NCBI GenBank assembly: GCA_021816845.1
Contig: JAKAWT010000001.1
Span: forward strand, 134,087-198,086
DNA from: a bacterium
GTDB lineage: Bacteria > Patescibacteriota > Dojkabacteria > JAKAPS01 > JAJZLI01
DNA: 64,000 nt
Direction: 5' to 3'
Part shown: piece after piece, positions 29,310 through 39,919 of the stretch
Numbering within the stretch: position 1 is the first letter of the stretch
How the letters are laid out: every line of letters begins with the position of its first letter
Notes under the pieces: generated by a model
Database searches by the model: none
Told to the model about the DNA's origin: nothing
The model's input: only the letters and a program-made list of their open reading frames with translations
Translations under genes and position numbers: made by a program

Positions 29310-30719
29310 ATGCAAACAAGATTGTATATAGCTAATTTGCCTTTTTCTTTTAATAGAGATGATATGACACGCCTATTTTCTAAATATGGGAAAATAGTAG
29401 ATGTTTACGTACCAGATAAAAAAGGATTCGGATTTTTAGAAATGTCTAATCCAAGTGAGGCTTTAAATGTAATTAATAATACTGATAAAAAGATGATTGA
29501 AGGAAGAAAGTTATCAGTAGTATTTGCACAAAAAAGAGCTGAAAGAACATATGATAGTAATAAAAATTATAATAGCAAGTATAAATCAGCTTTTAGAAAG
29601 AATAAGATAGATTTAAAAAAAATAGATATCTCATTATTTGTTAAAGAATCATCTTTGAATAATGCATCTGAATATGTACCTCAAAATAAATTCTCTGATT
29701 TTAAAATTAGCAGTGAAATAAAAAATATAATAGAAAAAAGAGGTTTTATATCCCCTACTGTCATACAGGATAAAACAATTCCAGAGATAATCAAAGGTAG
29801 TGATGTAATAGGGATTGCTGATACAGGAACTGGCAAGACTGCTGCATTTTTGATACCTCTGATAGATAAAATAATAAAGGATAATTCACAAAAGGTTCTA
29901 ATTATAGCACCTACCAGAGAATTAGCATCACAAATAAGAGATGAGCTTTTCCAATTTTCAAAGGGGTTACCTATAAGGTCAGCTTTACTTATTGGAGGTA
30001 GCTCTATGTATCAACAAATAAATAATCTAAGGAATAATCCCAACTTTATTATTGGGACTCCAGGAAGGATTAAAGATTTAACTTCTAAACATTATGTACC
30101 ATTAAAGGATATAAATAATGTTGTTTTAGACGAAGTTGATAGAATGCTTGATATGGGATTTATAGAAGATATTCAAAATATATTCTCATCACTACCTTTA
30201 TTAAGACAATCATTATTTTTCTCTGCAACAGTCCCACCAAAAGTTAAGACTTTAGCAGTAAAACTTTTAAAAGACCCTATTATAATTACAGTAGAACCTA
30301 AAGATTCATACAATAACATAACACAAAATATTGTAAAATATAGAGACACTGGAGAAAAAATAGAACTATTACATAATCTACTAATAAAGGATGAGTATAA
30401 AAAAGTACTTATATTTAACAGAACGAAAAGAGATGTTGATAATCTTGCAAAAGAATTATTAAAGAGGGGGTTTAAAGTGGAATCTATACATGGAGATAAA
30501 ATGCAATCAAGAAGACAAAAAGCTATAGATAATTTTAAAAACAATATAAATAATATCCTTGTGGCTACTGATGTTGCAGCAAGAGGATTAGACATAAGTG
30601 ATATATCTCATGTTATAAATTATGAAGTACCATCAACCTATGAGGATTACCTTCATAGGATAGGTAGAACCGGTAGAGCAAATAAACAAGGTTCCTCTAT
30701 AACATTTGTGAAAGTATAA
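29310..30719 (+). CDS. DEAD-box RNA helicase with N-terminal RRM domain
   Basis: RNP2 LYIANL, RNP1 KGFGFLEM; Q motif, ADTGTGKT, PTRELA, DEVD, SAT, ARGLD, HRIGRTGR. Confidence 0.93.
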   Translation: MQTRLYIANLPFSFNRDDMTRLFSKYGKIVDVYVPDKKGFGFLEMSNPSEALNVINNTDKKMIEGRKLSVVFAQKRAERTYDSNKNYNSKYKSAFRKNKIDLKKIDISLFVKESSLNNASEYVPQNKFSDFKISSEIKNIIEKRGFISPTVIQDKTIPEIIKGSDVIGIADTGTGKTAAFLIPLIDKIIKDNSQKVLIIAPTRELASQIRDELFQFSKGLPIRSALLIGGSSMYQQINNLRNNPNFIIGTPGRIKDLTSKHYVPLKDINNVVLDEVDRMLDMGFIEDIQNIFSSLPLLRQSLFFSATVPPKVKTLAVKLLKDPIIITVEPKDSYNNITQNIVKYRDTGEKIELLHNLLIKDEYKKVLIFNRTKRDVDNLAKELLKRGFKVESIHGDKMQSRRQKAIDNFKNNINNILVATDVAARGLDISDISHVINYEVPSTYEDYLHRIGRTGRANKQGSSITFVKV

Positions 30720-30748
30720 ATATTATCAACAATATTGTATAATTTTGT

Positions 30749-31096
30749 ATGGAGCAAGATCATCAAATACCAGAACAACTAGATAGAGTAACTTCAGAAA
30801 TGATTGATCTTATAAAAGATCATATAGATTCAAATGTTGTTCGACAAAAACCAGATTTATATATGTTTGTGAGACATACAAATGGTGTTATAAGTATATT
30901 CAATATTACAGGAGGAGGAGTAAATATTGAAGCCTATAATCACAACCTTCGACTTCACAGGGATAGATTAACTATTATTTTACCATATGAAGAAATAGAA
31001 GAGGTTGCAGTAGCTGCAAATGGAGAAATAGGTAACGACGGATTACCCTCAAGAGACGAAATAATATTCCACTATGGAAGGCAATACCTGACCTGA
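30749..31096 (+). CDS. hypothetical protein
   Basis: 115-aa ORF with TATAAT 5 nt before the ATG; no recognised motif. Confidence 0.6.
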   Translation: MEQDHQIPEQLDRVTSEMIDLIKDHIDSNVVRQKPDLYMFVRHTNGVISIFNITGGGVNIEAYNHNLRLHRDRLTIILPYEEIEEVAVAANGEIGNDGLPSRDEIIFHYGRQYLT

Positions 31097-31218
31097 ATCC
31101 GATACACTATAAAATATAATAACAAATCAGATAGTAGATATCTAAGATCGGTTAAATATACATGAGGAATAAAATCTTATATTTTGGTATTTTTAGGTTA
31201 CAATATAGGTATTAAAGT

Positions 31219-31851
31219 ATGAGAATATTCAAAGTCAAAAATATAAATTCAAAACTTACAAATAAAGAATTAGAAGAAATTATTAATTCTATAAAAAAGG
31301 ATATGATAATAATATATCCAACAGATACTGCGTATGCTATAGGTGTCAATGCAGAATCTGACATAGCAACCAAAAGACTTTTAAAGTATAAAGGTCAAAG
31401 ACGAAATAAAGCTTTATCTATAAGTGTGTCTAATATAAAAATGATAGAAAAATATGCCAAGATTAATACTATTGCCTATAATTTAATTAAAAAATATCTA
31501 CCAGGGCAAATTAGTATCGTCTTAGAACAAAATGATCAGAGTATTCTTTCTAAAAATATTTCAAATGATAATAGTGTATCAATAAGGATACCAGATAATA
31601 CTATATCAATTGATATAGTATCAAAACTGGATTCAGCTATAACGGCTTCTTCATCTAATATTTCAAACTACCCTACTCCATTTTCTATTGAGCAATTATT
31701 GAAAGATACACCTAGAGAGAAAATTAATATGATAGACATAATAATAGACGCTGGGACAATAAAATCTGATGGGGTATCTACAATAGTAGACTGCAGAAAT
31801 AGTATTCCTAATATACTACGACAAGGAATTATAGAAATAAATGAATTCTAA
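31219..31851 (+). CDS. tsaC: L-threonylcarbamoyladenylate synthase (TsaC/YrdC)
   Basis: YPTDTAYAIG, K.R...K.L, LPG.IS, RIP, SSNIS, STIVD, ILRQG. Confidence 0.9.
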   Translation: MRIFKVKNINSKLTNKELEEIINSIKKDMIIIYPTDTAYAIGVNAESDIATKRLLKYKGQRRNKALSISVSNIKMIEKYAKINTIAYNLIKKYLPGQISIVLEQNDQSILSKNISNDNSVSIRIPDNTISIDIVSKLDSAITASSSNISNYPTPFSIEQLLKDTPREKINMIDIIIDAGTIKSDGVSTIVDCRNSIPNILRQGIIEINEF

Positions 31852-32540
31852 ACTAGCAATACACCTATTAGAAAAAGTAGCCATCCTACAAGCATACTAG
31901 GCCAAAATAATGATGCAACAAATAATCTTGCAACTGTACTTGCTGAAGCTAAAGCCAATGATGATAGACCTATTGTCAAAATTCCAAAGAACCTTTGATT
32001 ATACATTTTTTTTGTAATAGCCCTATAAACATAATATAAAGAAACTCCTATAAGCTCAATACTTCCTACAGTATTTAAAATTACTAATGGAATTATCCAT
32101 AGTCCTACTTTCAAAACACCGCTGCCATTTGGAGCTGCGTTATTCTTATAACCATCAAAATAGAGTATCAGTTGGTGTAAACCAGACCTTGATATTGATG
32201 AAAAGAATAATAAAATTAAAAGTATAAATGCTAGAGCGATTGTAGAATAAAACATTATTTTTTTTAATTTTTCTTTTTTTAATAAGTATATTGAACCTAA
32301 ACCTAAAGTTGCTGGGGTAAGTCCCCCTCCAAAAAAATAATAGATATAGAATGGTATTGTGCTATGACTTATAAGAAAAACATAAAAAGAGAATGCAGCA
32401 ACGGCACCAAATAGCAGTCCTATAGACCAAAACAATAATGAAATTCTTACAGGAGAGGATTTTCTTGATAAAAACTTACTAGAGATTATAAGAAACATAA
32501 TGAATATTATTATACTTACTACCAAAATATTTATATACAT
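31848..32540 (-). CDS. multi-TM hypothetical membrane protein
   Basis: About 7 hydrophobic segments; W..GL and YY..GG..LGLGS.YL pattern. Confidence 0.7.
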   Translation of the reverse strand: MYINILVVSIIIFIMFLIISSKFLSRKSSPVRISLLFWSIGLLFGAVAAFSFYVFLISHSTIPFYIYYFFGGGLTPATLGLGSIYLLKKEKLKKIMFYSTIALAFILLILLFFSSISRSGLHQLILYFDGYKNNAAPNGSGVLKVGLWIIPLVILNTVGSIELIGVSLYYVYRAITKKMYNQRFFGILTIGLSSLALASASTVARLFVASLFWPSMLVGWLLFLIGVLLV

Positions 32541-32607
32541 ATATTTAAAATCTCCATTATTTTTCTATATACACTAATGTGTTAGAATATAACTTATTAT
32601 AGATACT

Positions 32608-32892
32608 ATGGAGGAAAAAACAAGAGAAAATATAAATTTAGACAAAGAAACCAAAAAAGCTTTAAACGCATTGGTCTCAGCAATTAATAATGTATATCTT
32701 GATAAAAAAAAACTTATAATAAGAAGCTTTATATCTGGTATAGCCTATGGACTTGGTGTAACATTAGGATTAACTATAGTATTTGTGATACTAGCACTCA
32801 TACTTGAATATATTGTTAAAATCCCAATTTTGGGAACATATATTTACCCACTAGCTACACATTTACATCAGGTAAAAATTAATAAACCATAA
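32608..32892 (+). CDS. DUF5665-like membrane protein
   Basis: F.SGIAYGLG.TLG...IP.LG pattern. Confidence 0.7.
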   Translation: MEEKTRENINLDKETKKALNALVSAINNVYLDKKKLIIRSFISGIAYGLGVTLGLTIVFVILALILEYIVKIPILGTYIYPLATHLHQVKINKP

Positions 32893-34176
32893 ATGAGCAA
32901 TATTATAAAAAATTATAAAAGCCTAGCAAAAGATAAAAAAAGAAGGGATATTCTGTCCATAATAGAAGCTGGTCTTCATTCAATACAACCAATTGAAGTA
33001 TTAGAGAAAAATGTATCTTTAAAAGATAATATTCTCTTTATAAAAAACAAAAAATATGATATTTCACAATATAAAAGGATCTTTATTCTTGGTATAGGTA
33101 AAGGCTCTGCAGATATTGCAGATATTCTGAATGAAAGGTTAAATGGTTTAGTCACTTCAGGAGATGTCATTGATCTCACTTTAAAAAAAATAAAGAATAT
33201 AAAAGTAACAAAGGGAGAACATCCATTACCTACACAAACAAATTTAAATTTCACAAAAGGAGTAATAGAAAAATATAGTAAATTAAAAAATACTGATCTT
33301 GTAATTACAATAATATGTGGTGGAGGATCAGCATTATTTGAATATCCTAGTAAAATATCCAAAGATTTATTAATAGATATAAGTAAAATAATGTTAACCT
33401 CTGGAGTACCTATAGAAGAGATGAATACAATACGGAAACACCTATCTAAAGTAAAGGGAGGACAATTAGCAGAATTAATTTATCCTGCCAAAATTATAAG
33501 TCTAATATTTTCTGATATACCAGGGAACGACTTATCTTTTATAGCATCGGGACCAACAGTAAAAGATAAGACAAATATTGCTGATGCAATTTCAATAATA
33601 AATAAATTTGATATTCAATCAAAATTGAATATTAATCTATCTATTTTCACAGAGACTCCAAAAGATAATAAGTATTTTGAAAATATATCAAACACACTCA
33701 TGCTAAGTAATGTAACAGCATTAAATACAATGTTTAAAAAGGCCATAAAATTAGGATATAAAAGCACTATTTTGTCAGATAGAATACAAATGGAAGCAAG
33801 AGAATTAGGAGAATATTTAATCAAAAAAACATATCAAGATACAGTTTTACTCGGGGGAGGAGAAAGTGTAGTAACTGTGCACGGTAATGGAAAAGGTGGT
33901 AGGAATCAAGAGGCTTCACTTGCATCATATAAGTATGTAGATAAAGATACTGTATTTATATCTATAGGAACAGATGGATGGGATAATTCAGATTTTGCAG
34001 GAGGTATAATGGACGATATAACAATAAAAGATGCAAATAAATTAGGATTAGTTTTTGATGATTATATTAATAATGATGATAGTTATAATTTCTTCAAAAA
34101 GACTGGAGATGCAATCATAACCGGTAAGCTTCCTTCCAATGTATCTGATCTTATGATAGTATTGAAGAGGAAATGA
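32893..34176 (+). CDS. glycerate 2-kinase (MOFRL/GckA type)
   Basis: GIGKGS, HPLP, GGGSAL, RKHLSKVKGG, SDIPG, IASGPT, GGE, GGRNQE, TDG.D, NV.D. Confidence 0.9.
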   Translation: MSNIIKNYKSLAKDKKRRDILSIIEAGLHSIQPIEVLEKNVSLKDNILFIKNKKYDISQYKRIFILGIGKGSADIADILNERLNGLVTSGDVIDLTLKKIKNIKVTKGEHPLPTQTNLNFTKGVIEKYSKLKNTDLVITIICGGGSALFEYPSKISKDLLIDISKIMLTSGVPIEEMNTIRKHLSKVKGGQLAELIYPAKIISLIFSDIPGNDLSFIASGPTVKDKTNIADAISIINKFDIQSKLNINLSIFTETPKDNKYFENISNTLMLSNVTALNTMFKKAIKLGYKSTILSDRIQMEARELGEYLIKKTYQDTVLLGGGESVVTVHGNGKGGRNQEASLASYKYVDKDTVFISIGTDGWDNSDFAGGIMDDITIKDANKLGLVFDDYINNDDSYNFFKKTGDAIITGKLPSNVSDLMIVLKRK

Positions 34177-35036
34177 TAGAACAGATAGATAGTACCAAAA
34201 TAAAAATCCTAAATGAGAAAGCAAACAAAATAAGAGAACTTATTATAGAAATGTTGCTTACTGCTGGTTCAGGACATTCTGCAGGGTCTTTAGGTATGGC
34301 AGATATATTTACAGCATTTTATTTCCATATACTAAACCAAGATCCAAAAAACCCTAATATGAAAGATAGGGATAGACTAATACTATCCAATGGCCACATA
34401 TGCCCAGTAAGGTATGCTGCAATGGCCCTAAGAGGATATTTTGATATATCGGAACTACAAACTTTAAGAAAAATAAATTCACGTCTTCAAGGACACCCAC
34501 ATAGAACTTCTTTGCCTGGAGTAGAGACTTCATCTGGACCTTTGGGTGAAGGTTTATCTCAAGGTATAGGGATAGCATTAGCAGCTAAAATAGATAAAGC
34601 AAGATACCAAGTGTATGTGATTGCATCTGACGGTGAACATCAAGAAGGGAATATTTGGGAAGCAGCTATGTTTGCAGGAAAAATGAAATTAAATAATCTT
34701 ACATTAGTTATAGATAGAAATAATATACAGATTGATGGATTTACTGAAGATATAATGCCATTAGAGCCAATGATTGATAAATATAAATCGTTCAATTGGC
34801 ATGTCATTGAAGTTGATGGACATAATATAGAATCATTTATAAATGCCATAAATGAAGCTAAGTCTATATTTGAAAAACCTACCGTTATAATCGCGCATAC
34901 TATTCCAGGAAAAGGTGTAGATTTTATGGAGAAAGATTACTTGTGGCATGGATCTCCACCAAATAAAGAACAAGCAAAAGAGGCTTTACAAGAACTTCGT
35001 ACGTTGGGAAATAAGATTATTAGTGAACATCAATAA
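34173..35036 (+). CDS. transketolase, N-terminal (ThDP-binding) subunit
   Basis: SGH..GSL, DRLILSNGH, LQGHP, DGE.QEG.IWEA...N, KGV. Confidence 0.93.
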   Translation: MIEQIDSTKIKILNEKANKIRELIIEMLLTAGSGHSAGSLGMADIFTAFYFHILNQDPKNPNMKDRDRLILSNGHICPVRYAAMALRGYFDISELQTLRKINSRLQGHPHRTSLPGVETSSGPLGEGLSQGIGIALAAKIDKARYQVYVIASDGEHQEGNIWEAAMFAGKMKLNNLTLVIDRNNIQIDGFTEDIMPLEPMIDKYKSFNWHVIEVDGHNIESFINAINEAKSIFEKPTVIIAHTIPGKGVDFMEKDYLWHGSPPNKEQAKEALQELRTLGNKIISEHQ

Positions 35037-36028
35037 TGTTGAATAAAGATTTATATCTAAATGAAAATATTTTTGAAAATCCAACTCTTGAGGCAACCAG
35101 GGATGGATATGGAAAAGCACTGCTACAGCTTGGAGAGGAAAATCCTAACATAGTTGTATTAACTGCAGACTTAGCAGAATCAACTAGAGTAGATGGTTTT
35201 GAAAAAAAATTTCCAGATAGATTCTTTGATTGTGGAGTAGCAGAGCAAAATATGGCTGCTATAGCTGCAGGACTAGGAGTATCAGGAAAAACTGCGTATA
35301 TATCATCTTACGCTGTATTTTCACCTGGAAAAAATTGGGAAACTTTAAGAACGACTGTTGTATATAACCATTCCAATGTTAAAATAGCTGGACATCATTC
35401 AGGTATTATGACCGGACCAGATGGACCTACACATCAGGCGACAGAAGATATTGCTATAACAAGGTGTTGGCCTAAAATGAAAGTAATTGTTCCTGCAGAT
35501 TCTATAGAAGCTTACAAAGCAACTTATAATAGTTCTAAATCAGAAGATCCTTATTATATAAGATTTACGAGAGACAAAACTCCTATTATCACAACATCTG
35601 AAACTCCATATGACGAAGGTAAAATTCAGACATTTTGGATATCCAATAATCCTCAAGTAACAATAGCTGCTACTGGTTATATGCTTTATTATGCCCTAAT
35701 TGCAGCTTTAAATTTACAGAAAGATGGTATAGAGACAGAAGTTTTAAACGTATCATCAATAAAACCTTTAGATCAAGATACTATACTTAAATCAGTATCA
35801 AGAACCAATGCCATAATAACAATAGAAGATCATCAAGTGGATGGAGGTATGGGTAGTGCAATATCAGAAATGCTCTCAAGAACAAGACCTACATTACAAG
35901 AATTTATAGGATTACAGAATACATTTGCAGAGTCTGGAGATACAAAAGATCTAATTGAAAAATATGGGCTCTCTGCAAAAAGTATACAAGAAAAAACACT
36001 AAATTTAATAAAAAGAAAAAATGGATAA
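35036..36028 (+). CDS. transketolase, C-terminal subunit
   Basis: ADL..S, GVAEQNM, GPDGPTHQ..EDIA, IKPLD, EDH...GG.GS. Confidence 0.93.
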   Translation: MLNKDLYLNENIFENPTLEATRDGYGKALLQLGEENPNIVVLTADLAESTRVDGFEKKFPDRFFDCGVAEQNMAAIAAGLGVSGKTAYISSYAVFSPGKNWETLRTTVVYNHSNVKIAGHHSGIMTGPDGPTHQATEDIAITRCWPKMKVIVPADSIEAYKATYNSSKSEDPYYIRFTRDKTPIITTSETPYDEGKIQTFWISNNPQVTIAATGYMLYYALIAALNLQKDGIETEVLNVSSIKPLDQDTILKSVSRTNAIITIEDHQVDGGMGSAISEMLSRTRPTLQEFIGLQNTFAESGDTKDLIEKYGLSAKSIQEKTLNLIKRKNG

Positions 36029-37664
36029 TTTAAAAAATGAAATTACAAACATAGTAAAAGGTAAAGTTACAGATGATACATCAGTACTCGAATCTTACAG
36101 TAGGGATGCAAGTATATTTAAAATGGTACCTAAAATAGTAGTATTTCCAAAAGATATCCATGATATAGAAGAGTTAGTTAAGTATGTTGCAAATAAAAAT
36201 CAAGATGGAGTTGATTTATCTATTACTGTTAGATCTGCTGGAACTGATATGAGTGGTGGACCTTTAACTGAATCTATTCTAATGGTAATCTCAGATAATT
36301 TTAACAAAATTATTAGTATACAAGATCATTATGGAATAACACAACCAGGAGTATATTATAGAGATTTTGAAAAAGAAACATTAAAACAAAATATGATATT
36401 CCCATCTTATCCTGCTTCAAAAGAATTATGCTCAATGGGTGGTATAGTTTCTAATAATTCTGGAGGAGAAGAATCATTATCTTTCGGAAAAACAGAAAAT
36501 TTTGTTGAGGAATTAACTATGACATTATCTGATGGAAACACATATAAATTTGGAAATTTAACTAAAGAGGAATTAAAATCTAAGATGGAATTACAAAATT
36601 TTGAAGGAGATATATATAGGAAAATGTATAAACTTCTATCTGAAAATCATAACCTTATAAAAAGCAAAAAACCAGTTGTATCAAAGAATTCTAGTGGTTA
36701 TACAATTTGGAATATTTTAAAAGATGATGGGTCTTTTGATCTCTCTCAAATATTTATAGGAGCACAAGGAACTTTGGGTATAACCTCAGAGATAAAATTA
36801 AGACTTGTAGATACAAAGAAATATAACGGTATGCTTTTATTATTTTTAAAAGATTTTAATAATATACCAGAAATAGTTAATACAGTTTTAAAATATAAGC
36901 CTACAAGTTTTGAATCATTTGATAATTATACTTTCAAACTGGCATTAAAATTCTTTTTTGCATTTTCTAAAATACTTGGATCCAACATAGTAAAATTATC
37001 ATTCTCATTTTTACCAGAATTTTTATTAGTCTTAAGGAAAGGAATGCCAAAATTAGTTCTACTAGTGGAATTCCAATCTGACAGTATGGAAGAAATACAA
37101 AATAACATTAAAACTCTAAATAAAGATGTATCCAAATTTAACAATCTATTTACAAAAGTTTCTGCAAGTCCAGAGGAAACAAAAAAGTACTGGGCTATAA
37201 GGAGAGAAAGTTTCAATTTATTAAGACAAAGAATCAAAAATCTTAAGGCAGCAGCATTCATAGATGATATAATAGTAAGGCCAGAGACATTAGAAGAATT
37301 TTTACCACAACTATATAAAATTCTAGATGACTCAAAACTTCTATATACAGTTGCAGGTCATATAGGTGATGGTAATTTTCACATCGTTCCTTTGATGAAT
37401 TTACAAGATGAAAAAGAGAGAGCTAAAATATATCCTATTGCAGACCAGATTTATGACCTTGTTTTAAAATATAATGGATCTATAACAGCAGAACATAATG
37501 ATGGACTTATAAGAAGTCCATATATAGAACAAGAATTTGGTGATAAAATATATACTATATTCCAAGAGATAAAAAATATTTTTGATCCTCATCACATATT
37601 TAATCCACACAAAAAAACTGATGTGACAATTAAATTTGCATCTGAGTTTATAGCAAAAAATTAA
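36021..37664 (+). CDS. FAD-binding oxidoreductase (D-lactate/glycolate dehydrogenase family)
   Basis: RSAGT.MSGG, PAS, GG.V.NNSGG, G.QGTLGI, GHIGDGNFH, AEHNDG, FDP..IFNP.K. Confidence 0.88.
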   Translation: MDNLKNEITNIVKGKVTDDTSVLESYSRDASIFKMVPKIVVFPKDIHDIEELVKYVANKNQDGVDLSITVRSAGTDMSGGPLTESILMVISDNFNKIISIQDHYGITQPGVYYRDFEKETLKQNMIFPSYPASKELCSMGGIVSNNSGGEESLSFGKTENFVEELTMTLSDGNTYKFGNLTKEELKSKMELQNFEGDIYRKMYKLLSENHNLIKSKKPVVSKNSSGYTIWNILKDDGSFDLSQIFIGAQGTLGITSEIKLRLVDTKKYNGMLLLFLKDFNNIPEIVNTVLKYKPTSFESFDNYTFKLALKFFFAFSKILGSNIVKLSFSFLPEFLLVLRKGMPKLVLLVEFQSDSMEEIQNNIKTLNKDVSKFNNLFTKVSASPEETKKYWAIRRESFNLLRQRIKNLKAAAFIDDIIVRPETLEEFLPQLYKILDDSKLLYTVAGHIGDGNFHIVPLMNLQDEKERAKIYPIADQIYDLVLKYNGSITAEHNDGLIRSPYIEQEFGDKIYTIFQEIKNIFDPHHIFNPHKKTDVTIKFASEFIAKN

Positions 37665-39301
37665 AATCTTTTAAATAGAGAAAGCTTGGATATTAGACCA
37701 GCTTTAATCAACTGATTTTGAGTCATTACTTTGACCCATATATATGAATATGCTTTTAAATCAATGATATTTCCTGCTACTTCAGCCCTTTCTACTATCA
37801 ATACGGAGAAGTGAAATATACCTAAATTATTCGTATCTATAATCTGTCTCTTTCTTGAAAGGTTATTTATAAATATAAGATTTTTATTATGGTACAATCT
37901 TAAATATGCAAATACATCTTCATTCCCTGTATTTATAATATGGATATCTGAATGAGCAAATATACTCCCATGCCTTTTTCTTATCAGAAGCATATTTCTT
38001 AATTTGTTATATGTCGATTGTGAATCCCATATATATTTATTAGCTTTAGCCCAATCTATTTTGGTTCTTACAAGCAATCGTCTATCATATGGTACATTAT
38101 CCTTAGGAACTATAGAAAAATTTTCTTTTTCATCGAGTTCATCTCCACTATACAATACTGGAGTACCCACTAGAGTAAGTAAAATAGAATTAGCCAAAGC
38201 TATTTTCTCCTTGCTATCTCCAAGTAGAGTATATAATCTCTCTGCAATACCAGTATTAAATCTATATATTTTATCTTTATCATACTTTGAATAAAACAAT
38301 GCTGCGGTTTCTTTATCCACAGTAGATAAGCTAAGTTCATCATGATTACGAAGAAATATTGCCCACTGGCTTTTACGAGGAATCTTTGGAAATGATTTAA
38401 TTGTATTTATAATGTATTTACTATCTTCTTCTAACAACGATAAAAATATTTGCGGCATAAGAGGAAAATTAAATGCCATTTGAAACTCATTCCTACCATT
38501 CCCAAAATATTTAACAAGTTCATCCATTGGTTCGCCAGCCTCAGCAAGAAATATTATATCCCTACTACTATAATGCTTATTAGCAAATTTCCTAATTTTC
38601 CTTAATATCATATGTGTTTCTTTTAAATTTTCACAATTTGTGCCTTCTTTCTTCACTAGATATGGAACTGCATCTACCCTAAAGCCATCAACACCTAAAT
38701 CTAACCAGAAACTAATAATTTTAAAAAACTCTTTTAAAACTTCATCATTTCTCCAATTTAGATCTGGCTGAGTTTTGTAAAATCTATGAAAATAATATTC
38801 TTTTCTTATAGAATTATATGTCCAATTAGTTTTTTCATAATCAGAAAATATTATCGAAGCATCCTTATACTTATCACCTGTCATATCCCAAAGATAATAA
38901 TCTTTATATTTAAAAAAATCTTTAGATGCAGGATCTTGTGAAGCTAGAAACCAAGGGTGTTGTGATGAAGTATGGTTTAAAACTAGATCCATAATAATAC
39001 GTACACCATTATCATGAGCTATTTTTATTAATTCTTTAAAATCATCAAGTGTACCTATTTCATCCCTTATAGAAGTATAATCAGATACATCATATCCTCC
39101 ATCCATCAAAGGTGATTTGTAAATGGGTAATAACCATAGACACCCTACACCTAATTCTTTAATATAGATAAAATTGTCTATAAGACCCTTTATATCACCA
39201 ATACCATTATTATCACTGTCTTTAAATAGATCTATATATATCTCGTAGAAAACACTCTCTTTGTACCAATATTTATTTCTAGAAGATGACCTACCTAACA
39301 T
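37661..39301 (-). CDS. treS: GH13 trehalose synthase (TreS)-like alpha-glucan enzyme
   Basis: DGGYDVSDY, DLVLNHTS, QPDLN, catalytic DGFRVDAVPYL / LAEA / FLRNHDEL, CENL.ETH. Confidence 0.75.
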   Translation of the reverse strand: MLGRSSSRNKYWYKESVFYEIYIDLFKDSDNNGIGDIKGLIDNFIYIKELGVGCLWLLPIYKSPLMDGGYDVSDYTSIRDEIGTLDDFKELIKIAHDNGVRIIMDLVLNHTSSQHPWFLASQDPASKDFFKYKDYYLWDMTGDKYKDASIIFSDYEKTNWTYNSIRKEYYFHRFYKTQPDLNWRNDEVLKEFFKIISFWLDLGVDGFRVDAVPYLVKKEGTNCENLKETHMILRKIRKFANKHYSSRDIIFLAEAGEPMDELVKYFGNGRNEFQMAFNFPLMPQIFLSLLEEDSKYIINTIKSFPKIPRKSQWAIFLRNHDELSLSTVDKETAALFYSKYDKDKIYRFNTGIAERLYTLLGDSKEKIALANSILLTLVGTPVLYSGDELDEKENFSIVPKDNVPYDRRLLVRTKIDWAKANKYIWDSQSTYNKLRNMLLIRKRHGSIFAHSDIHIINTGNEDVFAYLRLYHNKNLIFINNLSRKRQIIDTNNLGIFHFSVLIVERAEVAGNIIDLKAYSYIWVKVMTQNQLIKAGLISKLSLFKRF

Positions 39302-39318
39302 AAATGAAAATTATTTAA

Positions 39319-39804
39319 TTATCTAAATTCTGTTTGCTCAATATCTTTTTCAATATCTTCAAAAATATCCTTTTTTGAAGAACCCCAGGTCCATAGAAAA
39401 TTTATTATAAAGTTAAAAATAAAGCTGACAGCAATGCTAGCATTATTTGCAATAAGAATAGCAAAAAATTTACTAAAATATAAGGAGACAAAAGAAAATA
39501 CTTCTGGGAATAAAAATACTCTTGCTATTATAAAACCTAACAAAATTGAAATATGATATTTTAATATCCTTATTATAAAAGTAGAGTTCTTACTATCTTT
39601 GAATGTCCAATTATCATTTATAAAGAAATTATTTAAATTTCCTATCTCTGCAGATATCAATGTGGCAATATTGGCTGGTATAAAGAAAACCAATGTTAAT
39701 AATAATATTACACCATTATCAATAATTATTCCTATTATGCCTACAATAAAATATTTATATAATTTATTTAGGATTTTTTTTATTTCTTTTTTATTAATTT
39801 TCAA
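39319..39804 (-). CDS. GtrA-family membrane protein
   Basis: KYFIVG, NF..ND.WTF, NF..N..WTW. Confidence 0.85.
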   Translation of the reverse strand: MKINKKEIKKILNKLYKYFIVGIIGIIIDNGVILLLTLVFFIPANIATLISAEIGNLNNFFINDNWTFKDSKNSTFIIRILKYHISILLGFIIARVFLFPEVFSFVSLYFSKFFAILIANNASIAVSFIFNFIINFLWTWGSSKKDIFEDIEKDIEQTEFR

Positions 39805-39919
39805 AGGTTAAATATAATCAAATATTACTTATCTCTATGCTTACTGAAAGAATCTACACTCTCATAATTATATTCTTGAACATATATTTTAGCAATCTAA
39901 TTTTCACCAATTCTTAGTA

